From contig NW_026856887.1 in assembly GCF_026571515.1 (NCBI RefSeq), forward strand, positions 124,001 through 188,000: 64,000 nucleotides of DNA, in the 5' to 3' direction. The DNA comes from Ruditapes philippinarum (taxonomy: Eukaryota). Below, piece after piece: positions 21,682 to 34,620 of this stretch; position 1 is the stretch's first letter; each line of letters begins with the position of its first letter. Position numbers and translations under genes: made by a program. A model generated the notes under the pieces. It was not told the origin of the DNA. It worked only from the letters and a program-made list of their open reading frames with translations, and did not search any database.

Positions 21682-22869
21682 TTATCGTCGAACTGCAATT
21701 TGATCTAAATCATTTTGTTGGAGTAAAAATCCAGAGAAAGTGTTGTAATGAAAATAATGGTAGGCGGCATCGTCATCGTTGTTTTGGATGAAGATGTCAT
21801 CTCCTTTCCTAAGCTCTAGCACTATTGTTTGGCTTGAAGTGTAATATCCAGCTTCCGCTCTATTGACGTACATAAAGCTTACAGGACTTCCATTCTTCAC
21901 GACTTTTGTGGTGAATAAAAAACAGCGTCGCAGAGAAAACGTAGGTTCCGGATACAAGGGCAACAAAGTTTCCATTTAAGTTGTTGTAGCCATTGCCAAC
22001 GTTAGTTACTACTCTTTCAAAAACAAATGTCTGGGCAACTCCTGCGTGTTCCAAGTGGTTAGATAATGTGGCAAAGAAAGCTACGTTTTGTTCGTTTTCA
22101 ACAAGTCGAATCCTTGCACGGGTGTAATGCATGTCTGAAATTTACAAAAAAAGTAAAAAGATCATTAGGATATATTTAAACAACTGCAGTACCATATTTG
22201 CGCTTTGTATTATCAATATTGTAATGAAATAAGATAAACTACATTCAATATTATGAGGAATTCGTGATTTCAAAACACCTTTATACTTGTATTAAAACTG
22301 TTTACAGTTAATTCTATAGATTTGATAATCTTTTATGTAGCGTTTAACAAGCCTGCAGCAGTGACAACCTGCTTTTCCGGTCTATTTTCCATGTCATCTG
22401 TTATGTTGACAACGATTTACGACTGGGTTTGTTTTTCTTTGAACATGTTGTCTTCATTTTTGTTGTTTACCTGTTTTCTCAAAATTATTCTCATACGATC
22501 GCTCAATCTTTCCAGAGAGCTTGTACGCTGGCGTTGGACAGCAAGTTGTTTCTGCTGGTTCATATTTAGCTGCTGTTGATTGTAATCTTGTCTCTCTAAA
22601 TGCTGTATGCGATTCAATTGATTCAATATCATTAATTTCGTTGTTGAACCTCATTTTGAGACAAAAGCTCTTCCACACGATTAAAAAGCAATCCTACAAC
22701 TTCATCTGTAGACCAAATATGACTAAGGAATTTGTTGAAATTATCTTTATCATTTCCGATGATTTATGTGCCGTTGGATACTGACGAAAAAAATATCAAT
22801 AAGAGAATGAGTAAAATATACATTTATTTCTGAAATTCCGTCGTGACTGATTAACCTTTGCTTTATCAT
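21682..22869 (-). pseudogene. C1qDC gene 1 (B-type), frameshifted
   Basis: Exon 2 (21682-22134) gC1q domain split over two frames by a ~14-bp deletion; exon 1 (~22352-22869) coiled-coil split over frames; donor mutated to GC. Confidence 0.85.
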
Positions 22870-23438
22870 GTCTGTTAAAATCTTAAGATAACACCAAAGA
22901 CATTGAATTTGAAAGAGTTTCCGAGATAAGACGCCGTTTTATTTATAAGTATTTTCACTACAAGTTAATCAATTAAATATTTGAATCACAATGCATTGGT
23001 CTGTTGCCCTTATTCATTTGTTATGAAACCATCCGGAATTATTATTAGTTATAATTCAATCGACCGTTTAAGTTCTTCTAGTATTTTGCAATATCGCACC
23101 ATTTATTTTATCTTCGCTTTGTCGTATCATTTATTTAATAAACAAGCATATTTCATCAATTCAAAACAGCCTTTCATATGGCCTGGTAAATATCTCTTTG
23201 CATAAAATGGAGAAATATTGCATATTCTTGATCAAGGTTAAAATTTGTAAAAGTCTTTGACATAAATGTGTTAAGTCTGAAACCATACACAGAATAAACT
23301 TGTGAACTCCAAATTATGCATATTATTTTCAACAACAAATTTTCTGTAATATCAAATATTAACTACGAATAGGGAATGCAACTGATTTTCAGCTGATTAA
23401 GACTGATGTCAATAGTCAAAAAGACTAAACGCATAATA

Positions 23439-24950
23439 AAAACAAGAAATGTGTCATAATGCCACGGATGCCCCCGCATGCAGCCAAAATTTCAGATGGT
23501 GCATAATTATTTTTTTCATTTTAAGTTCAAAGCCCTTAACACTTTTCAATGTTAACACAAACCATTTTCATACAATGTTCAAGGCACTGAAATTATTCAG
23601 TCTTAACCTTTTAAAAATAGCACATTGCATATTTGTAGCCAAAATAATGGCTAAAAGTATGAGTGCTGAAACTGAAATTTCAAAATTTTTCCAACATTCA
23701 GGAAAGATAAGGTTGTCTAAAATCATTGAACCACAACCAAATTCAAACTTAAACTGCTTATTCCTAAGATGTATCTATATTATTTTCAAAGTGAAAGGGA
23801 CATAACTCTGCCAAAAAATCATCAAACCATGACCAAATTCCAACTTGACCTGCCCATTCCTTTGACATATCCATATGTCAAATTTAAGTTGAATATGTAA
23901 CACTGTTGGGTAGATAATGAACAGAAACTGTAATTTTCATATTATTTTCAAAGTGAAAGGGGCATTACTCTGCACCATGACCAAATTCGAACTTGGCCTG
24001 GGCATTTCATAAACATATCCATATGTCAAATTTGAGTTAAATGTGTTGTACCATTGGGGAGATAATAAACGGAAACTGAAAATTTCATATTACTTTCAAG
24101 TGGAAGGGGCATAACTCTGCCAAAAATCATTGAACCATGACCAAATTTGAACTTGACCTGCGCATTCCTTTGACGCATCCATATGTCAAGTTTGAGTTGA
24201 ATGTGTTGTACCTTTGGGGAGATAATGAACGGAAACTGTAAATTTTCATATTGTTTTCAAAGTAAAAAGGGCATAACTTTGCCAAAAATCATCGAACCAT
24301 GACCAAATTCAAACTTGACCTGTATTTTTTTCATGAAATATCCATATGTCAAGTTTGAGTTGAATGTGTTGTACCTTTGGGGAGATAATGAACGGAAACT
24401 GAAAATTTCATATTATTTTCAAAGTAAAAGGGACATAACTCTGCCAAAAATCATCGAACCATGACCAAATTCGAACTTGACCTGTATTTTCTCATGACAT
24501 ATCCATATGTCAAGTTTGAGTTGAATGTGTTGTACCGTTGGGGAGATAATGAACGGAAACTGAAAATTTCATATTATTATCAAAGTAAAAGGGGCATAAC
24601 TCTGCCAAAAATCATCAAACCATCACCAAATTCAAACTTGACCTGTATTTTCTCATGACATATCCATATGTCAAGTTTGAGTTGAATGTGTTGTACCGTT
24701 GGGGAGATAATGAACGGAAACTGAAATTTCTTATTATTTTCAAAGTAAAAGGGGCATAACTCTGCCAAAAATCATCGAACCATGACCAAATTCGAACTTG
24801 ACCTGTATTTTCTCATGACATATCCATATGTCAAATTTGAGTTGAATGTGTGCAACCGTTCTTAAGATGATGATGACGAAATGACAGAATGACGGAAGGA
24901 CGGAACAGGGTAACACTATATACCCCGGCCATTACATGGCGGGGGCATAA
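23439..24950 (+). mobile_element. Helentron/HINE-like element with internal ~160-bp satellite array
   Basis: AACAAG start; ~7 tandem units (GGCATAACTCTGCCAAAAATCATCGAACCATGACCAAATTCGAACTTGACCTG); GACGGA microsatellite; terminal hairpin CCGGCCATTACATGGCGG. Confidence 0.8.
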
Positions 24951-25289
24951 TTACTACTGTTTAGCTAGAGTAATACGAAGAAAATGTGCAATATTTATCA
25001 ATTTAATTGAACTTTTATATAAATGCTTATTTTTCATTTAACCAGTAAATTTGGCAAAAACAGGAGTGATTCTGACCAACCGTTAATTTATTCATGTTTA
25101 TGAACTCTCTTTGCATATTTAGTCTGAGAATACTTAAACACTTACAAGATACAGGATACAGTACATTTAGTTCGGAATACTCAATTATCTCATACACTAC
25201 GTAATTATGAAATAAGTAATCAAAACTGCCATGCTTGTGCGTTTATTAAAATAAACTTTATGATAAAACAATCATTTCATTTCCACAGT

Positions 25290-26510
25290 TTACTTTCGTC
25301 CGACATCAACTTGATCTGAAACATTTTCGTGAAGTAAAACCCAGAGAAAGTGCTGTAATGGGCACCATGGTAGGATTTATCAGCATCGTTGTTTTGGATG
25401 AAGATGTCGTCCCCTTTATGAAGCTCTAGCACAATTGTCTGACTTGTAGTGTCATATCCAGCTTCCGATCCACTGACGTACACGTAACTTACAGGGCTTC
25501 CTTTTTTCACGAATTGAGCGTGACCATTATTGTGGTAAAGAGACATCAACGTCACCGAGAAAACGTATGTTCCGGAAACAGGGGCGATAAAGTTACCATT
25601 GAAGTTGTGGTAGCCATTGCCAACGTTGGTCACAACTCTGTCGAAGACAAATGTCTGTCCTATACCAGCGTGCTGCAGGTGGTTAGATAATGTGGCAAAG
25701 AAAGCTACATTTTGCTCGTTTTCAACTCGTCGAATCCTTGCACGGGTACTATGCTTGTCTGGAATTTGAAACCCAATTTTTAAAAAATTAATTTGGATAA
25801 TGCTATTATGTATCCATTTAAATGTTTACCGTCCACTAAGACAGTTTTATAAATCAAAACTTGTATTGAATTCAGAGAATGATAAAAGTGTTTATTTCAA
25901 TTAATCCAATTATAATAGAAACTTTTTGAACAATTATTTTCCATTAATAATCATAAAAAATATCCTAAATATTTCAATATTTTTAACTTGTTGCGCTGAA
26001 CCTACCCTTTGAAGAGGCTGTATGATATTGCACGGTATTTTCTATTTCATCTGCTACGTTGATACCACTATTCGACTGAGTTTGGTTTACGGTGACTTCG
26101 CTTTCCTTATTTTCTCTTTGCTTGTTTACATTTAGTCTGATTATCATTTTCATACGTTCACTGAATCTTTCCAAAGAGCTCGTACGCTGCCGTTGGACAG
26201 CCAGTTGTCTTTGCAGGTTCATATTCAGCTGCTGTTGAACGGACTCACGTCGCTCTAATTGCTCAATACGATTCAACTGGTTCGAAATCACTTGTTGCTG
26301 AGCCTCGTTGTCAGATGCCAATTGCTCAACACGACCCAAAAGTTGTTGGACAACATCTTCTGTGGACTCGACACGACTCAGCAAATAATTGAGTTTATTT
26401 TCACTGTGATTAATAGGTTTTGTAGCATTAGTAATTGGCGAAAGAATTGAAGATATCCAAAAGATTAGCATATTTATTCTAGCATCTATTCCGTCATACC
26501 TAATTCGCAT
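25290..26510 (-). CDS. C1qDC gene 2 (A-type): signal peptide + coiled coil + gC1q
   Basis: Exon 1 26006-26510, exon 2 25290-25758 (VAFFATL..FVFDRVVTNVGNGY..GNFIAPVSGTYVFS..YSTFSGF); 1-bp deletion in a T run at ~25336 alters only the last ~14 codons. Confidence 0.85.
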
Positions 26511-27295
26511 TGTTCCTTATCAGTGTATTTAATCGTAATCTAAATATAACGAAATGTGAATAAAGTGTCAAAGTTTGACGTATAAATAGTGAACTTTAAG
26601 CATGAAGGTGATGTAAATTTAATATCTAAAGTCAACCCTTATGTAAGAAAGTTTTGAACGATAAATTCATCGACATTTGTCATATCAACTGTTACAATAG
26701 ATTTCTTCATCACTTGTTTTAAAGAAACAAGATGATCAAATGATAATAGTCCTTTATATTGTTTATTTATTTATAAGATTATTGTAAGTTTTGTTATGTC
26801 AAACATCTTTAAATTGGTGACATTTAACGTTTGAGTAAACATCTAGTAAAAGACGCGGGAAGAAAATGCCTTTATTTTAGAATAATATTTTTTGTCGTCA
26901 CAGCAATTTCCATTTAAATTATCGCAAATGTCTTCAATTACAGATATTGTGACATGTCTACAACACTTTCAGAAAAAATGTTTGTCCCTATTAATGCAAC
27001 GAATCACAAAATTCTGTCATAATCAACGCAGAAAGCCGATGTACTTTTTCGTGTTTAACAATATTTTATATTTATTTAGTTTTTAAGTTATTTATTCATT
27101 TTGATTTTAAATCTTTGCCATACATAAAACTGTAGTCTATCTGCTGATATGCGAAATGTATTACTCTTATTATATTTATATTACAAATAGCATCAATTTT
27201 CATGAGACATCATTTAATTATATGATAAGATCTCGAAGCACATTCGACTCTAACCTAATTATTACACGAATACTGTCATAAAAAGTAAAAGAAAT

Positions 27296-27475
27296 GGGTC
27301 CTTCATGACCAAGTGGTTACATTTTCAAACTTCAAATCACTTGTCCCTCACCTCACCTCATCGGTGCGGGTCGAATTCCTTCAGAAGACTTTGGAATCTT
27401 TTATGTGAGAAAGCCATCTAGATAGCTTAGTTAAAGTCAGTGGTTCTACTAAAGTTCCTGCTGGTGCAAAATAAA
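27296..27475 (+). mobile_element. tRNA-derived SINE, truncated
   Basis: ACTTCAAATCACTTGTCCCTCACC..ATGTGAGAAAGCCATCTAG, same family as 21328. Confidence 0.7.
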
Positions 27476-28789
27476 CAAAATATATGTATAATGATTGATC
27501 CGAACATTAAAATACAAAATTATCATAAAACTAGATAAAGATCTTCTTTAAGGTATTAATTATTGGACACAATAAACAAAATGTGTGATCAAATGATACA
27601 CATCAAAGTAAGAATCAACGTGAAAACTAGGGAAAAACAAAACAAAACGGAATCTATAAGAAATCCTTAAAAGTCTTCTTCTAGAAATGAATTTTAAAGC
27701 GTTCATCCAACGTTGCAAGAAGGTTATGATCAATGACAGTCCGCCCAAACGACATCAGCGCGCTTCTTAATTTCATCAATTATTGAGAACCGTCTGTTGT
27801 AACTCGGCAGGTACGTCGAGCAAAGGTTCCAAAAAAGGCCATCAAGTTATATCTGCCAACATCACAACGATGGTAAATCGAAAATATTGTGACGTTAGAT
27901 GAAATAATATGCTATCTTGGTCGGTTTACAGAATCTTTATGTCCAAATGTTTTCTTTGTTATACAGATATAAATGATACCTTCTATGAATTTGAAAAACA
28001 AATCCGTATAAAATCCTTTATTTTGCAAACAACAATCGTGATAAAGTAATATATCAAATAAATTAACCTTACAGAACACTATAATGAATCACTAGTAATA
28101 CATATCAGCATTCAATTATTAATTATGTATAATGTTTGTACAAGTATCAAGTGCATCATTATATCTAATGGATTACTTCATTTCATTTATTTCAAAAACT
28201 TCAATATTTTACTCTACTTTCTGACGCCATTAGAATGACTTTGATAATGGTATTGTTTTATTATCTCTTCTGATACAACATTAATTTGATGGTGGTGTTT
28301 CAGTACAACTGAAGAACACTAAAGCCACATTGCAATACAGAACGAACAACGGATAATGGTACATCTAAGGACAAGAACACATTCTAGCCGCCTTATGAAT
28401 ATTATTGGCGCTACTAAATGTTTGTCACCAGATTGCGTCACATTATCTCCTAGCAAATATTGTAACTGTCTAGAATACAAAACAGTCACCTTTTTAAGAT
28501 TTTGTTGCTGTTTTCTTTCATATATACATCCGTGCTTAGAACGAAAATAGTAAAAGCGTAGTGTAATTGTAAATAATTGCACCTTATTGTACCGCTAAAT
28601 CCAAATCAACAGGAGCGATTCTGACCAAGACGTTTATTCATGAATATAGTTCACTCACAGCAAGGACCATTTACTAAAAACGATATATCGATAACAACTA
28701 AAATATAATTCCCACTGTAAATCTGGTACGTTTATTAACAGAAACATAATAATTATTGTTTGATTAAAACACTAATTCATTTTAACAGT

Positions 28790-30193
28790 TTAAATCCTTC
28801 CGACAACAACCTGCTCGGAAAAGTTTTGCCGGAGAAGGAACCCAGAGAAAGCGTTGTAATGAAGACCATTATAAGAAGCCTCGGCGTCGTTGTTTTGGAT
28901 AAAGATGTTATCTCCTTTTTGAAACTCCAGCACTATTGTTTGACTCGTAGTGTCATATCCAGCTTCTGCTCCACTAACGAACATAAAGCTAACAGGACTT
29001 CCATTCTTTACGAATTGGGCATGGTCATTTTTATGGTAATCAGAAATCAACGTGGCCGAAAAAACGTATGTTCCGGAAACAGGGGCGATAAAGTTACCAT
29101 GTATGTTATTGTAACAACTGCCGACGTTGGTTACCACTCTGTCGAATACAAATGACTGGCCAATCCCGACGTGCTCAATGCGGTTAGATAGAGTGGCAAA
29201 GAAAGCGACGTGATGTTCATTTTCATGACGTAGAATCCTTTCCCGCTTACTATGTGTATCTTTAATTAAAAAAAGAATACACAGCTTATTATGATATGCA
29301 TGTACATATTTTAAACTATTACATATCAATAAATGGCAACTAGAATGATAAATGAAGACATTTAGTTTTAACATTATTCCCAAACGTTATGTAACATATG
29401 TATTCATCAATGTATAATTATAACATGTTTATTTAACAAATATAGAATTTATACAAGTGTTAAATAATATTTCAGTTAAACTTTTGGATATTAATTTTCT
29501 AATGAAAATTATTAAATGTTCTGCTTTTTCTAAAATAAAGCAAAACGGAATTCCCAAAAAACACCCAAAACGGCCAATCTGAAATTTTGCAACCTCGGTT
29601 TGATTAAGCCTGTGCATGGGCGGAAATGGTAAAACCTATGTAGCATTTTAATGTATAAAACAACGTTTATCCATGAACGTTAACTAACCTCTTGCTTAAG
29701 CAACGTGATTTGGGGCGCTATTTTCTGCAATATCTGCTATGGTTATGCCAATTTTCGAATTAATTTGTTTTATTTTGACTATACTGTCCTCTGTTTTATT
29801 TTGCTTGTTTACATTTGCTCTAACAATTATTTTCATACGTTCACCGAATCTTTCCAGAGAGCTAGTACGATGACGTTGGACAGCCAGATGTCTTTGCAGG
29901 CTTATATTTAGCTGCTGTTGACTGGACTCACGTCGCTCTAAGTGCTCAATACGATTCAACAGGTTCAAAATCACTTGTTGCTGAGCCTCGTTGTCAGATG
30001 CCAATTGCTCCACACGACTCAAAATTTGTTGGACAACATCTTCTGTTGACTCTAGACGACTCAGTAAATAATCGAGTTTATCTTCACTGTGTTTAGTAGG
30101 TTTTGTAGCATTAGATATTGAAAAAAGAATCGAAAATATCCAAAAGATTGCAATGCTCATTTTTACATCAATTCCGTTATAACTTACTCGCAT
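28790..30193 (-). CDS. C1qDC gene 3 (A-type) with an in-frame TAA at the end of exon 1
   Basis: Exon 1 29689-30193, exon 2 28790-29259 (intact gC1q); TAA at 29696-29698, 7 nt before the donor. Confidence 0.8.
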
Positions 30194-30779
30194 TGTCCCT
30201 TATCAGTAGATCTAGACTTGATCCATTTATAGCATAATGTGATTAAAAGTTCAACTTTGAATTTGTTAAATGTGAACTTTTAACATGAATAAATTTTTTG
30301 ATCCAGTGTCGAATCTCTTAACTACGGCAATTTTCATATGAGATACACCTAATTTCTTTATTACTTGCATTGACCACGTGTTCGAATAATATGCAGGCCT
30401 TTATATTGGGTCAAGGAAATAAAAGTTTATATGCTTTAGAATAACCATATATTAGTAAGTGTATTTTCCGGTACCAGATAAAATAATTTCGCCATGCCAG
30501 CAATTCTATCCTCGAATTTAAAGTCGCAAATGTTTTCTACAATTTACAAACTACAATTTAATCATTCAATGATGGAATTAAGAAATGTTTACTTTTAGTT
30601 ATATATCGATTTGTAATGTACTCAGCTTCATGTTTACTTATATAGCACAAAACGCTATAGTTTGACTGGTTTATGCAAAGGTGTACACTTACATATAATT
30701 TACATGCATATGAAAAGATTTGAAAGTATGTTCAATTTTAATTGTACTGTGTTGTCTCAATCGTGATACGTAAAGGTGT

Positions 30780-31030
30780 TGGCTCGTGACCGAGTGGTTA
30801 AAGCATATATTTCAAATCACTTGCTTCTCACTGCTGTGAGTTTGGATCCTATCAGGGACTTTGGATTATTTCTTGTCAGGAATTTATCTAGCTAGGTTAT
30901 GGCAGGTAGGTTGTTCTACTCGGGTGTTGCTCGTGCCTGAAATAAAGCACAAAATGGCACCTAAGGTGATCCTTTATCGGTATATACGACCTTCACTGTG
31001 TTGTGTCGGTGTGAATTAAAACCAAACAAA
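30780..31030 (+). mobile_element. tRNA-derived SINE
   Basis: GGCTCGTGACCGAGTGGTTAA..AAATCACTTGC..GTGCCTGAAATAA..TGTGTCGGTG..AAAACCAAACAAAA. Confidence 0.75.
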
Positions 31031-31474
31031 AACGAGCAACATAAAACGTTAAGAGATAGACTACACGGTAGAATATATATAATGATTGATCTTGAATACT
31101 TTGCACACGAAGTTATATAGAGACATCATGAAACGAGATAAAATCGTTGTTTAAGTTCTAATGTTTGGACACACTAAAAAGTCTTAACAATATTTGATCT
31201 CCATCAATTGAGAATAAATGTAAAATATAGGGGGAGAACGGAACTCGAAAAGAATCCGTATAAGCATTCTAAGCGTTTATCTAACGCTGTCAAAAGAACC
31301 GTATTGATCATTTATGCGAAAAGCAATGTTAGCCAGATTCTTCTATTAAACCAATCAACTCTCCCAATACATCACTAAATGAAATTCATTGTCATAGTAG
31401 CTCAAGTATATTTGTTTATTTATTTATTGATTTTTGGAGGGGGTGGGGTAAACGGTAATGTTTATATGGTACTG

Positions 31475-31660
31475 GTGGAGAAGACCTCATATGTCCGTCC
31501 GTGCATTATTTCAGGCACCAGTGGCCAGTAGAATAACCGACGTTTCGTAAGCTAGCTGGATAGCTTCCTCACATGACAGAATCCAATGTCCCTGGCGGGA
31601 TTCCAACCCACAGCGGTGAAGGGCAAGTGGTTTGATGTCAACAACCTTAAACACTCGGTT
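31475..31660 (-). mobile_element. tRNA-derived SINE (reverse orientation)
   Basis: Reverse complement reads CCGAGTGTTTAAGGTTGTTGAC..CACCGCTGTGGGTTGGAATCCCGCCAGGGAC..ATGTGAGGAAGCTATCCAGCTAG. Confidence 0.78.
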
Positions 31661-33059
31661 CAAGAAAAACAACGATTTAAAATGGAAGACTATTGTGACA
31701 TTAGAAGACAAAATTTCAGTCAGTCTATTTTCAATCATGTGTAATATATCGCAAGTAACGACCATATAAAATATCTTGTGGATATATTTGTTTAATTCAG
31801 AAAACCTTCTGTTGTATTTCTTTTGATCTGTAAGAACTTTGTATTTGATCACAGCTTCATTTTAATGATGCCCTAAATGCTTTTTTGTTTGTAAGACAAT
31901 ATCACATTCAGTCAGATTTGTTTTTATAAAATGACATTGAGACCATTATTGGTTACTGCTATATTTTATGTTTATATTTTATTCCAAATACAATAAACTT
32001 GCAGATGATGCCTGTAATTATTTGAAATATCTTTGACATTACGGTTTAAAGAAGTTGAAAGAAATCATTAAAAACTGCATTATTGGCAAACAGCAATTGT
32101 CATAAAGTGGTCTAATAAATAAATAAATCTAACAGAACTGTACTCACTAGGACTTAATGTCAGTATTCAATTATTAAATTAATGATGTATAATACTTCTA
32201 CAATTATAAAGTGCATAATAACATCTAATGGATTGCTTCATTTCATTTATTTCAAACTCTTCAGTATGTTTTGGTTCTTTTTTCTAACGCCATTAAAACG
32301 TGTTTACTGTAATGTTATTATAGTATCCCTTCAAGGTTATCAATATTAATTTCATGGTGTTGTTTAAGTATCCATTCGGAATTACCTGTAGGGCAATAAT
32401 TTGAATTAGGTAAACGAAATTATATACTTAGTAATTGCTGATAAATCTCCAAGAAATCAATATTCATTTTGATTTTTTATCACCAACCTTACACCTTTCA
32501 AACAGTTACAAAACTAATGTTTATGTGTTGAGCAATACATTCACAACCGGGTCGAATAACAAAGATATACTGCAATCATTTGAAAATAGGTCGGGTTTAA
32601 GCTTTAATTAAATTTTGCGTTATTTAATAACCAAAGAAAAAGAAGAGAAATAAATTTTATAGAGAAAATATAATCCACTCATGTAAAGATTTTCTTATCT
32701 TTCGTTCTGTTACTAAGAAATACTTGATGCTGAATGCGGTGCATTTGCATGTTTTTTCTTCATACAATATGGGTAACTGAAACTTATCTGTATCCCAGAT
32801 GCAATATCTTTTATCTAGAGTATAATATGATATTGTACGTCCAACATTTTACGTACGTTACAGAAGTGTTATTTTCAAATGACATTTTAAGATATGAATT
32901 GATGTAGAAACAGATGAATCACACAACTAACCAATATTCCTATCAATATAACATATATGTAAATTGGTCAGGGCTGTAATATCTATACACATAATCATAA
33001 TGACTATCAGTTAAAAATTGAGAGCGAGATGGCATAATATTTAACTGATAAGTTTTATA

Positions 33060-33492
33060 TGCTCAGATTACTATATTAACTTTCCCATAGACTTACATTA
33101 TAAGACATGACCACTAAACCAACCATAATGCTAATGTGATTTTTCAAGAAGAATGACATGCCTGACACATTAAACTGGTCTTGATATAAGGTTGTCCGGC
33201 CAAATTTTTCACAAAATGTCCCCAAAGATTGTTACCCCCTGAAATTTTCTGCTGATCACAGGACAGACATATACTTTTTTAAAATGCAAATATCCAAGTG
33301 ATAAATTATTTTAGACACTTACGAAACAGTTTGTTTTCTTAAGAAAACAATCCAGTATTAGTTTCTAAAATAATTTTCGTACTTATAAACATTAAATTTG
33401 CACCCACTCACCTGATGTCCCATTGATTTTTATGGTTTTCCCTGCTCTTTTTGCAGCCAATCACAGGCCATGTTACAATCAATTAATTGGAC
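33060..33492. mobile_element. Copy-specific ~430-bp insertion (probable MITE)
   Basis: Absent at the corresponding positions of the paralogous blocks (~21270 and ~42430); only degenerate inverted ends. Confidence 0.45.
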
Positions 33493-33557
33493 CATATAAA
33501 ACGGTTTATATTAAGCGTTTTCAGACAATTATACTTTAAAGTAAGTTTTAATATTGA

Positions 33558-33787
33558 ACATCCTCGCCTAATATTTAAGGTCGTTGACTTTAAATCACTT
33601 GCCACTCACCGCCGTAGGTTTGAATACAGTCAGGAATTGTGTATTTTTTATGTGAGGAAGCTATCTAACGCCTATGCTTGAAATAAAGCAAAGAAAAGGG
33701 CACCCGAGGTTTTCCTCCACCACTTTAGCTTGAAAGTCGTCACATGACAAATACTGTGTTAATGTGAAGTAAAAACTAACCAAAAAA
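33558..33787 (+). mobile_element. tRNA-derived SINE (duplicated with the segment)
   Basis: Same position relative to the B-type gene as the SINEs at 21328 and 42493. Confidence 0.75.
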
Positions 33788-33893
33788 GACAGCTTTGCAT
33801 TTATAACTAGTTTTAATTCATTGAATAAAGCTAAAACATTAAAGTCATGAATACAAACTAGTAGTTAATCACAGTTCCATTCATCTTTACAGT

Positions 33894-34357
33894 TCATCGT
33901 CCAACTGCAATTTGATCTGAATCATTTTGTTGGAGTAAGAATCCAGAGAAAAAGTTGTAATGAAAACCATGGTAGGCGGCATCGTTGTTTTGGATGAAGA
34001 TATCAATCTCCTTTCCTAAGCTCTAGCACTATTGTTTGGCTTGAAGTATCATATCCAGCTTCCGCTCCACTGACGTACATAAAGCTTACAGGACTTCCAT
34101 TCTTCACTAATTGAGAATGAACACTTTTGTGGTAAATAGAAAATAGCGTCGCAGATAAAATGTAGGTTCCGGATACATGGGCAACAAAGTTTCTATTTAA
34201 CATATTTAAGTTGTTGTAGCCATTGCCAACGTTGGTTCTACTCTGTCGAAAACAAATATCTGGCCAACTCCAGCGTATTCCATGTGGTTAGATAATGTGA
34301 AAGAAAGCTACGTTTTGCTCGTTTTCAACTCGTCTAAACCTTAAAGGTTTTTTATGT
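33894..34357 (-). pseudogene. C1qDC gene 4 (B-type), exon 2 only
   Basis: Frameshifted gC1q exon (NFVAHVSGTYILSATL..QTIVLELRKGD*); exon 1 is missing and replaced by a repeat fragment. Confidence 0.85.
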
Positions 34358-34441
34358 CTGAAATTTACAAAAAATGTATGAAGATGATTTGGATACATTT
34401 AAAGAACTGCAGATCAATATTTGCTTTAATTATACTTAATT

Positions 34442-34620
34442 TCGTTACAAACATCTGGAAACAATGTGATCCATCGGAAGCATGAATTACAACAAAATTA
34501 CGTGAAAATTGCAAACTCGGTTTGATTGAGTCTGTACATGAGAGATAATGAACAAATGTTACATCCCTCACTCCCCTAAGCAACGGCCTGAGAGTTACTC
34601 AATTCTTAACACTTAATTGT
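34442..34620 (-). repeat. Single reverse-strand unit of the ~280-bp repeat tandemly arrayed at 58620-59285
   Basis: Reverse complement matches CTCATGTACAGACTCAATCAAACCGAGT..TGCTTCCGATGGATCAC..TTTCCAGAT. Confidence 0.75.

Noticed and set aside
23790-24860. CRISPR-like array, or coding ORFs 24461-24658 and 24580-24768
   Set aside because: Units repeat in full with no unique spacers in a eukaryotic context; the ORFs are by-products of the satellite
27740-28582. CpG-richer patch and 64-87 aa ORFs between genes 2 and 3
   Set aside because: No recognisable domain, splice structure or termini; left unannotated
28760-29155. 131-aa plus-strand ORF
   Set aside because: Antisense shadow of the gC1q exon of gene 3
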